A stretch of DNA of 51,970 bases, taken from positions 1,336 through 53,305 of the forward strand of contig CAZINP010000004.1 in NCBI GenBank assembly GCA_964540635.1, written 5' to 3'. Position 1 is the first letter of the stretch; each line of letters opens with the position of its first letter. Positions 43,882 to 51,970 of this stretch are shown here, in pieces. Position numbers and translations under genes: made by a program. The notes under the pieces are model-generated. The model saw nothing but the letters and a program-made list of their open reading frames with translations, did not search any database and was not told where the DNA came from. The stretch is from an uncultured Gammaproteobacteria bacterium (GTDB taxonomy: Bacteria > Patescibacteriota > Patescibacteriia > Buchananbacterales > UBA6539).

Positions 43882-44565
43882 ATGGTTAGCTTTTCAGCAA
43901 AGGAAATTTCCAACCCTTTAAAAACGGGCGAGCGTTTGAAGGAAAGGCGCCAGAGTCTTAATCTCAGTCTTTCCAAGGTTAGTAAAGAAATAAATATTGC
44001 CGTTAACTATCTTGAAGCGCTTGAACAAAACGAGTTCCAGAAAATTCCCGGTGAAATTTATGCCAAGAGTTTTTTAAAGACTTATGCTTCGTATCTTGGT
44101 TTTGATTTAGAAGGAATAATAAACGACTACGAGACGGAAAGAAAAATATATTCAAAGACCAAAAAATTTGAATTTAATCGTCACAGAAATCCGGTCAAGC
44201 GTGTTTCTCAGCTTCACCTTTTAGCCACGCCCAAGCTTTTGCGTAGTTTAATTATTGTATTATTGGCTTTTGTCTGTCTGATTTATTTGGGTTTAAAAAT
44301 TCAGGCAATAACGGCGGCTCCGGAAATAACCATTTTTCAGCCGGAAAGCGATTTTGTAACTGATCAGAATTTTATTGAGGTTTCCGGTGAAATCGGCAAG
44401 GAAACAACTTTGGAAATAAACGGGCAGCCGGTTATGGTTGATAATCAAAGCCATTTTAAAGAAACACTGGAATTGCAAGCCGGAGTTAATTTGATTGAAT
44501 TTAAAGCAACAACCAGACATGGCCGACAAGGAAAAATTTTTAGACAAGTAATTGTTAATAAATAA
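43882..44565 (+). CDS. RodZ-like HTH plus TM plus Ig-like protein
   Basis: GERLKERRQ..NLSL..VS..I.I...YLEALEQNEF..IPG.IY.K.FLK.YA.YLG; TM segment; short beta domain. Confidence 0.8.
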   Translation: MVSFSAKEISNPLKTGERLKERRQSLNLSLSKVSKEINIAVNYLEALEQNEFQKIPGEIYAKSFLKTYASYLGFDLEGIINDYETERKIYSKTKKFEFNRHRNPVKRVSQLHLLATPKLLRSLIIVLLAFVCLIYLGLKIQAITAAPEITIFQPESDFVTDQNFIEVSGEIGKETTLEINGQPVMVDNQSHFKETLELQAGVNLIEFKATTRHGRQGKIFRQVIVNK

Positions 44566-44596
44566 ATAAGATATTTAATTATCTAAAAAAGACGGT

Positions 44597-45652
44597 ATGG
44601 CAAAAAAAGAAGAAAAATCAACAAGCGCATCGAAAATATCAGACCGCCTGAAGGCGGCCCAGCAGGCCATCGATCAAATTAAAGAAAAATTTGGCGATGG
44701 ATCAATTATGAAATTAGGCGAAGCCAAGCGCATGGAGGTGGCGGCTGTTTCAACCGGTTGTTTATCGCTGGACATCGCCCTTGGAGTTGGCGGCGTGCCT
44801 AAGGGCAGAATAATAGAAGTTTTTGGCCCAGAGGCTTCCGGTAAAACCACTTTGGCTCAGCACATTGTGGCCGAAGTGCAAAAAGCCGGCGGCTTGGCAG
44901 CCTTTGTCGATGCCGAACACGCTCTTGATCCGGAATATGCCAAAAAAATCGGAGTCAATATTCAGGAGCTGTTAATTTCACAACCTGATACTGGCGAACA
45001 AGCCTTGGAAATTGTTGAGACTTTGGTTCGTTCCGGCGGCGTAGATGTAATTGTTGTTGATTCGGTAGCGGCCTTAACTCCCAAAGCAGAAATTGAAGGT
45101 GATATGGGCGCTTCTCATATGGGGTTGCAGGCAAGGCTGATGAGTCAAGCTTTGAGAAAGTTGGCTGGTATTATCTCTAAGTCAAATACGATTGTAATTT
45201 TTATCAATCAAATCAGGCAAAAGATCGGTATATTTTTTGGCAACCCGGAAACCACCACCGGCGGAAACGCTTTAAAATTTTATTCTTCGGTTAGAATTGA
45301 GGTGCGTCGGGCAGCTCAAATTAAGATGGGAGAGAAAATGATTGGCAATCGAGTAAAAGCCAAAATTGTCAAAAATAAAGTTGCCCCTCCGTTCATGACC
45401 TGCGAGTTTGATATTATGTATATGGAAGGAATTTCTATTGCTGGCGATACTCTGGATGCCGGCGTGGAATATGGCGTGATTGCAAAGTCGGGTAATACTT
45501 TTTCTTACAACGAAACCAAATTAGGCGTTGGCCGTGAAAACGCAAAGCAGTTTTTGCGAGATAATAAAAAATTAATTGCCGAGATTAAAAAGGCGGTTTG
45601 GGAAAAAGTTAAGGTTAGTGCCAAGGTTGAAGACAAAAAAGAAGAAGAATAG
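44597..45652 (+). CDS. recA: Recombinase A
   Basis: [45 protein letters not shown]. Confidence 0.99.
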   Translation: MAKKEEKSTSASKISDRLKAAQQAIDQIKEKFGDGSIMKLGEAKRMEVAAVSTGCLSLDIALGVGGVPKGRIIEVFGPEASGKTTLAQHIVAEVQKAGGLAAFVDAEHALDPEYAKKIGVNIQELLISQPDTGEQALEIVETLVRSGGVDVIVVDSVAALTPKAEIEGDMGASHMGLQARLMSQALRKLAGIISKSNTIVIFINQIRQKIGIFFGNPETTTGGNALKFYSSVRIEVRRAAQIKMGEKMIGNRVKAKIVKNKVAPPFMTCEFDIMYMEGISIAGDTLDAGVEYGVIAKSGNTFSYNETKLGVGRENAKQFLRDNKKLIAEIKKAVWEKVKVSAKVEDKKEEE

Positions 45653-45661
45653 AAAAATAAT

Positions 45662-45693
45662 AAAAAAATCCCGAGTGAGCTCGGGATTTTTTT
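45662..45693. terminator. Bidirectional terminator recA/efp
   Basis: AAAAAAATCCCGAG-TGAG-CTCGGGATTTTTTT. Confidence 0.88.
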
Positions 45694-45706
45694 ATTACGC
45701 TTTTGA

Positions 45707-46282
45707 TTAATTGCTGACGCGCTCAACGTATTCGCCGGTTTCGGTGTTAACTTTAATAACATCACCATCTTTAATAAACAGGGGAACCAATATTTCATAG
45801 CCGGTTTCAATTTCAGCCGTTTTCATCACGCGGCCAGAAGATGAATCACCGCGAACCGCTTCCGGAGCGGAAATAACTTTAAAATCCATTTTTGGCGGTA
45901 ATTCAATATTGATCGGACTGCCGTTAAAAGATGCGAGATTAACTTCGCAACCTTCTTTTAAGTATTTAATCTGTTCGCCGAGTTGCTCTTTATTGAATGA
46001 AATTTGTTCATAGGTGCTATTGTCCATAAAAACATATTCATCGCCTGAGGCATAAAGAAAGTTAACTTTGGCAAAGTTTAAATCGCCGGTTTCCACCCTT
46101 TCGCCAGGCTTAAAACTGTATTCAACAATTTTACCGTTAATCAAATTTCTTAATTTTGTTTGCATGACCGGTTTTCTCTGCTGCATTCTAACAAATTTTG
46201 CCACGACAACTTTGTGCGGCTCATTATTATAAATAATGGTCATGCCCTGCTTGATATCATTTAATGATCCGAGAATTGACAT
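45707..46282 (-). CDS. efp: Elongation factor P with atypical tip loop
   Basis: KLRNL..G, FLY..GDEYVFMD..TYEQ, VPLFIKDGDVIKVNTETGEYVER. Confidence 0.95.
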   Translation of the reverse strand: MSILGSLNDIKQGMTIIYNNEPHKVVVAKFVRMQQRKPVMQTKLRNLINGKIVEYSFKPGERVETGDLNFAKVNFLYASGDEYVFMDNSTYEQISFNKEQLGEQIKYLKEGCEVNLASFNGSPINIELPPKMDFKVISAPEAVRGDSSSGRVMKTAEIETGYEILVPLFIKDGDVIKVNTETGEYVERVSN

Positions 46283-46286
46283 GATT

Positions 46287-46517
46287 TTATTTGTTAGTGA
46301 ATGGCATTAAGGCTAAAATTCTGGCGCGCTTGATGGCAGTAGCTAACTTTCTTTGATGCTTAGCGCAAACGCCGCTTCTTTTGCGCGGGACAATTTTAGC
46401 ATAAGAAGAAACAAATTTCTTCAAGGTCGTGACATCCTTGTAGTCAATGTGTTTAACATTGTTCAGGCAAAAATAACACGCTTTTGGTTTAACATTATTC
46501 TGTGTCGGTTTTGGCAT
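46287..46517 (-). CDS. rpsR: 30S ribosomal protein S18 (Zn-binding form)
   Basis: CYFC...IDYKD...[25 protein letters not shown]. Confidence 0.97.
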   Translation of the reverse strand: MPKPTQNNVKPKACYFCLNNVKHIDYKDVTTLKKFVSSYAKIVPRKRSGVCAKHQRKLATAIKRARILALMPFTNK

Positions 46518-46572
46518 ATTAAATCTTTGTTTGTCCTCTCCCCAAAATTGGGGAGAGGACAGAAATAGTTAA

Positions 46573-47004
46573 TTAGAAAGGAATATTTTCAACTTGAATT
46601 TCGTCATCGCCAATTGGTGCTTCGGGTTGGGAGAAATCTTCGCTTTGATCGCTGAAGCCGGAAGCAGACGAAGTGCCGCGGCTGTCTAACATGATCATAT
46701 TTTCAGCAACAATTTCGGTGCGGTATCTTTTTGTTCCGTCTTTACCTTCCCATTCGCGGGTTTGAAGCCGGCCCTCAATGTAGACCTTGCTGCCCTTTTT
46801 TAAATATTGGGCGCAGATTGTGCCTAGTTTTCTCCAGGCAACAACATTGTGGTATTCAACTTTTTTCTGCTTTTCGCCATTGGCGTCAGTCCAGACCAAG
46901 TTGGTGGCAACGGAAAACGTAGTAACATTTTGTCCGCCCGGAGTGGTTTTCGCTTCCGGATCACGGGTGACGTTGCCGATAATCATGGCTTTGTTTAAAT
47001 TCAT
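46573..47004 (-). CDS. ssb: Single-stranded DNA-binding protein
   Basis: LNKAMIIGNVTRDPE, KGSKVYIEGRLQTR, C-terminal IPF. Confidence 0.97.
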   Translation of the reverse strand: MNLNKAMIIGNVTRDPEAKTTPGGQNVTTFSVATNLVWTDANGEKQKKVEYHNVVAWRKLGTICAQYLKKGSKVYIEGRLQTREWEGKDGTKRYRTEIVAENMIMLDSRGTSSASGFSDQSEDFSQPEAPIGDDEIQVENIPF

Positions 47005-47073
47005 ATTTTTTTGAAGGTTATGATTTATGACGCTATATTGATTGTATTTAAATTTATAGTATTAATACAATCC

Positions 47074-47517
47074 TTAGATAATGCCACCTTCTAAAATCTC
47101 GTCCAATTTTTGATCAAGGTCTTCGAGCTTGATTTTATCTTTTTTGCTTTCCTCTTTTTTTTCTTCAGCGGCTTGGACGATTTCTTTTTCCGCTCTTTCC
47201 TCGGTCAATTTTGCTAAGCTTGGAGTTTGGAAGTTTTTATTGACAATAACGTGCCTTAAAACTTCGTTAGCCATTCTTAAATCTTTGTCTAATGATTTAA
47301 GTTGGGCGCCATCCAAATCAAATTCGTAAATCAGGTAATAACCCTGATGAAGTTTGTTGATTGGGTAAGCAAGTTTCTTTTTGCCCAAGCTGTCTTCGGC
47401 GGTAACTTCCGCGCCGTATTTTTTGACCATTTCTTTTACTTTTTCCTTGATCGGCAAAACTTCTTCTTCAGTTAAATTGCCGGAAATCAAGTAAAGCAAT
47501 TCATAGTGTTTAACCAT
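47074..47517 (-). CDS. rpsF: 30S ribosomal protein S6
   Basis: YELLYLI, LGKKKLAYPI, VLRHVIV; position in rpsF-ssb-rpsR. Confidence 0.95.
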   Translation of the reverse strand: MVKHYELLYLISGNLTEEEVLPIKEKVKEMVKKYGAEVTAEDSLGKKKLAYPINKLHQGYYLIYEFDLDGAQLKSLDKDLRMANEVLRHVIVNKNFQTPSLAKLTEERAEKEIVQAAEEKKEESKKDKIKLEDLDQKLDEILEGGII

Positions 47518-47559
47518 AAATAACCAAATTATTATTAATAATTATTTTTAAAAATAAAA

Positions 47560-47688
47560 CGCCAGGATTTCCCTTGCGCTATATTGGCCGAGCACAATTG
47601 TGTCGGTTGGTTATCCTTTCCTTATCTCAATTTTGGATAAGGTTAATGGCCAAAATATAGCGGCCGGGAAAAGGGGGTTAAATTTTCT
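47560..47688 (-). ncRNA. Multi-stem 5' leader of rpsF-ssb-rpsR
   Basis: CGCTATATTGGCC (47577-89) pairs with GGCCAAAATATAGCG (47648-62); inner CCTTATC/GATAAGG and CCGA-CACAATTGTG-TCGG; outer TTTCCC/GGGAAA. Confidence 0.55.
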
Positions 47689-47694
47689 AAATAG

Positions 47695-47763
47695 ACTTTA
47701 TCATATATTTTTTCCTAAGTCAAGAGGGGTTTGATTGACATAAATCGCAATCTATGCTATACT
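47695..47763. promoter_or_regulatory. Divergent promoters (rpsF operon and CxxC gene)
   Basis: Minus TTGACT-17-TAAAGT (47723-47695); plus TTGACA-17-TATACT (47735-47763). Confidence 0.75.
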
Positions 47764-47883
47764 TATTTAAGTTTATTATTAAAGTTTTGCCACTTAAAAA
47801 ATAGTTTGATTTTATCACCAGTTTGATATACTCGCGTATATAATCAAAAAAAGTATAAGTTAGACAAAACAAAGGTCAATTGA

Positions 47884-48054
47884 ATGGATAATCAAAATTA
47901 TCAACCTCGCCCGATGGTTAAAGGCAACTGGACCTGCTCCGAATGCGGCGCAGCCATTACCGAATTGCCGTTTGAACCGGATGGCAACAGACCTATTTTC
48001 TGCCGCGATTGCCATCGCAAAAGAAAACAGGATCGCCCAATGAGACGTTTCTAA
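47884..48054 (+). CDS. CxxC-x17/18-CxxC zinc-ribbon protein (56 aa), absent from ORF track
   Basis: MDNQNYQPRPMVKGNWTCSECGAAITELPFEPDGNRPIFCRDCHRKRKQDRPMRRF*. Confidence 0.88.
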   Translation: MDNQNYQPRPMVKGNWTCSECGAAITELPFEPDGNRPIFCRDCHRKRKQDRPMRRF

Positions 48055-48070
48055 AATTCTCATAATCAAG

Positions 48071-48100
48071 AAAGTCCCGATTTATTCGGGGCTTTTTTGT
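48071..48100 (+). terminator. Intrinsic terminator
   Basis: AAAGTCCCGA-TTTAT-TCGGGGCTTT followed by TTTGT. Confidence 0.8.
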
Positions 48101-48172
48101 TTGACTAATTTATAGACTTCTGATACTTTGGAGTCATTCGTTTCTTTAGTCGACAAAAAGGAGAAATGCACC

Positions 48173-48607
48173 GTGGAAAAAAGGAAAAGAAAGAAAAAAG
48201 TTTTTACAGTTTTGGTTGGCGGGGCTGGAATGTATAATATTACCGCCGTCTTGAGCAAAATTGGCCTGGAAGTTTCTTTGGCCACCGAGCCGCAAAGGCT
48301 TATGGAATTGGCTTCAGCCGGGAATTATCAAGCTATAGTTTTGGCGGATAATATTTTTCTGGCTGAATGCGCCGGCCGAAAAGATTTGGCCGAAAACCGT
48401 TTCCTGTGGCTCTTGGCCGAATTAGAGAAAATCGAAAAAGCTGGAGCCAAAAAAATCTGGTTGATTACGCCCAGAAAGAAACAGGAAGCTTGGAACATTT
48501 TTGCCAGATTTGAGATGATTTATCAAGTTGTTGGCGGTAGGTCAACAGTAGCTTTTGCCAGCAGCCTTAAAAATTGGCTTGAGGTCAATCAATCGGTCAA
48601 GTCATAA
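48173..48607 (+). CDS. Atypical stand-alone receiver (CheY-like) domain protein
   Basis: AAAAGGAG before in-frame GTG 48173; GLEVSLATEPQRLMELASAGNYQAIVLAD and KIWLIT fit the receiver pattern; acidic pocket and Lys not seen. Confidence 0.55.
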   Translation: MEKRKRKKKVFTVLVGGAGMYNITAVLSKIGLEVSLATEPQRLMELASAGNYQAIVLADNIFLAECAGRKDLAENRFLWLLAELEKIEKAGAKKIWLITPRKKQEAWNIFARFEMIYQVVGGRSTVAFASSLKNWLEVNQSVKS

Positions 48608-48690
48608 AAATTAATGATTTGAACACTGTTCTTTCATTAAGAAGCATTTTGCTTCTTTTTTATTTTTAAACTCTAAGGTATAATTAAAAT

Positions 48691-49806
48691 ATGAAATACG
48701 TTTTTATTCTCGGCCGAAACGCCAAATTATCCGCCGCTGAAATCAAGGCGATTTTACCAAATTCAAAAATCTTGTCTGAAACAGATATTTTTTTGATTTT
48801 GGAAAACGAAAATTTTGAGGCAAAAAAAATGCTCAATCGTCTTGGCGGCACAATAAAGATTGGTGAGGTGGTTGCCGAAGATCAAAGCTCAGAATATAAG
48901 GAAATTATAATTGAAAATTTAAAAAATAATCCTCAAGAAAACAAATTAAATTTTGGGGTTAGCTTCTACGGTACCAAACCCTGGAAGTTGGGTATGGAAA
49001 TTAAAGGAGAATTAAAGGCACAGGGTGTGAGTTGTCGTTTAGTAATCAGCCGCGATCAAGCCTTATCATCAGTGGTGGTGTCAAAAAATAAGGTTCAGGA
49101 GTTTTTGGTTTTAGGGAAAAAATATTTGGGCAAAACTTTAGCTGTGCAAGAATTTGAAGAATACTCAGCTAGAGATTACGGTCGTCCGGGACGCGATTTG
49201 GTTTCGGGTATGATGCCGCCCAAATTGGCAAAGATTATGATCAATCTTTCTCAAGCAACCAAAGATATGATTTTGCTTGATCCATTTTGTGGTTCCGGCA
49301 CGGTTATTCAAGAAGCGCTTTTGATGGGCTATCAAAATATTATTGGTACCGATCTTTCCGAGAAAGCAATTAAGGATACAAAGCAAAATTTAGATTGGCT
49401 AAAAAATAGAGGCTATAATTTTTCTGATAAAAATTATAAGATTCAAATTTGCGACGTCAGAGATTTGTCAAAAAAAATTAAAGAAGCGGATGTGATTGTA
49501 ACCGAGCCTTTTTTGGGGCCGCCGCTTAAAGGCAGGGAGAGTCTGGTTCAAGTCAAAAAAATTGTTCAAGATCTTGGTGATTTATATCTGAAAGCTTTTA
49601 CTGAGTTTAAAAAGGTATTAAAGCCCAATGGCAGGGTTGTAATAATTTTTCCGTCTTTTCGGGTTAGTGGAGATATTCTGGAGTTGCCGATTTTGGATAA
49701 AATTGAGAATATGAATTTTACCAAGCTCAATCAAGATAAACTAATTTATAGTCGCCCCAACCAAATGGTTTGGCGCCAGATTAATATTTTTCAAAAAGAA
49801 AAATAA
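48691..49806 (+). CDS. Trm11/UPF0020-type RNA methyltransferase
   Basis: MMPPKLAKIMINL, LLDPFCGSGT, IIGTDL, IVTEPFLG. Confidence 0.8.
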   Translation: MKYVFILGRNAKLSAAEIKAILPNSKILSETDIFLILENENFEAKKMLNRLGGTIKIGEVVAEDQSSEYKEIIIENLKNNPQENKLNFGVSFYGTKPWKLGMEIKGELKAQGVSCRLVISRDQALSSVVVSKNKVQEFLVLGKKYLGKTLAVQEFEEYSARDYGRPGRDLVSGMMPPKLAKIMINLSQATKDMILLDPFCGSGTVIQEALLMGYQNIIGTDLSEKAIKDTKQNLDWLKNRGYNFSDKNYKIQICDVRDLSKKIKEADVIVTEPFLGPPLKGRESLVQVKKIVQDLGDLYLKAFTEFKKVLKPNGRVVIIFPSFRVSGDILELPILDKIENMNFTKLNQDKLIYSRPNQMVWRQINIFQKEK

Positions 49807-49825
49807 ATAAATTATTAATAGCAAT

Positions 49826-49870
49826 AAAAAAACTCCGCGGCCGCCCGAAGGCAAGCGGAGCTGTTTTTTT
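49826..49870. terminator. Bidirectional terminator
   Basis: A7-CTCCGC...GCC-CGAA-GGC...GCGGAG-CTG-T tract. Confidence 0.7.
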
Positions 49871-51706
49871 TCAAAAGTTCTTGGCCTGAAATCTTTCGAT
49901 ATCAAGCTGATGATTTTGTAGGGCCCGTGTGATTTCTTTACCGCAACGCATAATCATGCTGCGGTTCAGACCGCGACGAATGATTTCGTCGATTGTCGTT
50001 TGTCCGTAGACAACGGCACTCATTGCCTGATAAGCCAATGGGCTCAAACCTTGTTGAAGGGCAAGGTCGCGTATGGCTTCGGTTTCCACCGCGCCGCGCG
50101 TGGCAATCAGAGTTTTAAGTTCCGGTGAAGGCGTGAGCAATTCCGGAATCATGATGCGAGGCAAATAGCCTTTGTTGCACTCTTTGCAGCCATCTAAGTT
50201 GGCTTCACGAACAAAGATGTCATACTGGATTGGCCGCGGTTCAATGTAACCGCCGACCAGACCTTGGATGAGGTCATTGCCAAGGATTTTTTTGGAACAG
50301 TGAGGACAAACTTTTCTGACCAGTCGTTGAGACATGATTGCCACCAGTGAAGCGGCAATTGAGGCAGCATCAACTTTTAGATCGTGTAAGCGTGTAATTG
50401 AGCTTACCGTATCGGGTGCGTGCAACGAGGTCAGAACCATATGGCCGGTCAAAGCGGCCTGAATGGCGGTTTCGGCCGTTTCCTCGTCGCGTACCTCGCC
50501 GACCAAAATCACGTTTGGATCCTGGCGCATCAGGGCGCGAAGGATTACGGCAAACGTGCGGCCGATACGTCGGTCAACTTCATTTTGAACAATGCCGGGC
50601 AAGACCACTTCGATTGGGTCTTCAACGGTGATGATTTTTGTCTCAACAGAGTTGAGATAATGAATCAGAGCATAAAGCGTTGTGGTTTTGCCGCAACCGG
50701 TAGGTCCGGCCAAGATAATCAAACCCTGTGATTGTTCTAGGGCAGTGATAAGCCTGCCTTTGACGTCATGCTGGGGAACGGCCTGTTCCAATCGCATAAC
50801 GTTGCCTTGGCTTTTTAGCAATCGGGCAACAACATTTTGGCGTTCGCAGCCTGGGGTGACAAAAGATAGGCGAAGCTCATAGCCTTCAAGCTGCTCGCGG
50901 AATGGCGCAATTTGCGGGAAGTCTGTAAAGAGGCGATCGTTGAACGCCACTTTGCCATCCTGGGGCATTCTTTTTTCCTCAACTTTCATCTTGGTTAGAA
51001 CTTTGATTGAGGAGGCCAGGCGAATCAAGAAAGACTTGGGCAGGATGTAATTTCCAACCTGCATAATTCCTTGTACCCGGAAACGAATTCGTCCGGCGTT
51101 TTTTTTGCTCAATTCGTCGCCCAACGGAGACTGTAAAATAATGGGCGCCGGCAAGTAGTCGTCATTTTCGATGTGGATGTCCGAAGCCCCAAGGGCAATG
51201 GCCTTAAGGACGATTCCGATAAAAGCCAAAATCGGCTCTTCGTTTTCAATTTCACCAAGATACGATCGTCTCTTTTCTTGGCTTGAAATCAATCTCTTCT
51301 CGACAATCGTTCGAAAGATGTGTTCGGGTATCACCAAAAAGGTGCGTCTGGTTTTTGATTCATCCATATCCGCTGTTCGAAGAAATTCTTCGATGTGGTT
51401 GAATAAGCCCGTGGCTTCATTTTTCGTTCCATCTAACCGGCGCGCACAGATGCCAATCAAATGGATACCGTGCTCATCTGCCAAGAGAGGCAGGAGCTCT
51501 TCGGCCATCATGGCGCCAAGATTGCTTTTTTCCGGACCTTCCATTAGGTCAGGTGCCGAGAGATCAACCTCTCTTATGAGCGGCTCCAGGTCAACATAAC
51601 GATCTTCCATCAAGACGGTTGCGGGTAAGAACTCGCGAATTTCTTGATGTAGATTTTTTGCCTCGTTGATTGAATCAACGATACTCCGCCTGTTCTCGTC
51701 AGTCAT
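49871..51706 (-). CDS. GspE/PilB-family secretion/pilus ATPase
   Basis: AGPTGCGKTTT, IITVEDPIE, LMRQDPNVILVGEVRD, TSLHA, CPHC...CKEC; GGAGG 8 nt before ATG 51706; TGA stop. Confidence 0.9.
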   Translation of the reverse strand: MTDENRRSIVDSINEAKNLHQEIREFLPATVLMEDRYVDLEPLIREVDLSAPDLMEGPEKSNLGAMMAEELLPLLADEHGIHLIGICARRLDGTKNEATGLFNHIEEFLRTADMDESKTRRTFLVIPEHIFRTIVEKRLISSQEKRRSYLGEIENEEPILAFIGIVLKAIALGASDIHIENDDYLPAPIILQSPLGDELSKKNAGRIRFRVQGIMQVGNYILPKSFLIRLASSIKVLTKMKVEEKRMPQDGKVAFNDRLFTDFPQIAPFREQLEGYELRLSFVTPGCERQNVVARLLKSQGNVMRLEQAVPQHDVKGRLITALEQSQGLIILAGPTGCGKTTTLYALIHYLNSVETKIITVEDPIEVVLPGIVQNEVDRRIGRTFAVILRALMRQDPNVILVGEVRDEETAETAIQAALTGHMVLTSLHAPDTVSSITRLHDLKVDAASIAASLVAIMSQRLVRKVCPHCSKKILGNDLIQGLVGGYIEPRPIQYDIFVREANLDGCKECNKGYLPRIMIPELLTPSPELKTLIATRGAVETEAIRDLALQQGLSPLAYQAMSAVVYGQTTIDEIIRRGLNRSMIMRCGKEITRALQNHQLDIERFQAKNF

Positions 51707-51811
51707 TATTCGTTCCTCCAATCTATCGTGTTGTAGGGTTCAGGGTGCTTAAGGATAATTCAATTTAAGCACTCATATTCTTATATATTTTTACCAATAA
51801 GTCAAGCAAAT

Positions 51812-51845
51812 AAAAAAAGCCAAAGTTAACACTTTGGCTTTTTTT
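51812..51845. terminator. Terminator after ychF
   Basis: AAAAAAAGCCAAAGT-TAAC-ACTTTGGCTTTTTTT. Confidence 0.85.
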
Positions 51846-51850
51846 ATTTT

Positions 51851-51970
51851 TTATACTCCAACTTTGAAGTGGCAGACGTCGCCGTCTTTTATGATATATT
51901 CTTTGCCTTCGGTTCTGATCAAGCCTTTTTCCCGGGCTTTGGTTTCACCACCTGATTCAACGAAATCTTT
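51851..51970 (-). CDS. ychF: Redox-regulated ATPase YchF, C-terminal 39 aa (partial)
   Basis: [39 protein letters not shown]. Confidence 0.9.
   Translation of the reverse strand, partial: KDFVESGGETKAREKGLIRTEGKEYIIKDGDVCHFKVGV

Noticed and set aside
24085-51845. Bidirectional hairpins as a REP/MITE family
   Set aside because: Stem sequences differ and all sit at gene ends with A/T tracts, as ordinary terminators do.
1-51970. CRISPR array, tRNA/rRNA genes, integrase, transposase or prophage
   Set aside because: No regularly spaced repeats, cloverleaf or rRNA motifs, recombinase ORFs, terminal inverted repeats or phage structural genes were seen by eye.

Overview
A ~52 kb chromosomal segment of an AT-rich bacterium, most consistent with Patescibacteria/CPR (Parcubacteria-like). 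This placement is inferred from Shine-Dalgarno-less core genes, a short SMC, an atypical EF-P loop and a giant surface protein; TGA is used as a stop. The backbone is housekeeping: trmD, khpA, rpsP, smc, polA, holA, rpsT, ileS, ruvA, murE, rpoBC, ftsK, recA, efp, rpsR-ssb-rpsF and ychF. About ten solitary accessory units are interspersed: a Zn-finger pair, serA, an amber-interrupted ORF or RNA, dapA, two orphans before holA, 108-aa and 169-aa orphans, an orphan receiver domain and a GspE/PilB ATPase. Most have a recognisable sigma70-type promoter and terminator, and all have an SD-like purine tract, whereas core genes have none and several look leaderless. The best find is an unannotated, apparently leaderless 26-aa leader peptide (MKTNLFALTSSSSGSCPFPGARFIFA) with a full 1:2/2:3/3:4 attenuator directly upstream of serA, a candidate serine-sensing ribosome-mediated attenuator. 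Second is an AACCCAA motif shared by the 5' leaders of five unrelated accessory units. Other notable features are a 2.85-kaa tail-fibre-like modular surface protein with a DYAE autocleavage-type domain, a hinge-less SMC, and structured leaders before khpA, rpsF and the 408-aa orphan. No tRNA, rRNA, CRISPR array, integrase or transposase was seen. All calls are by eye, without database searches or folding software.
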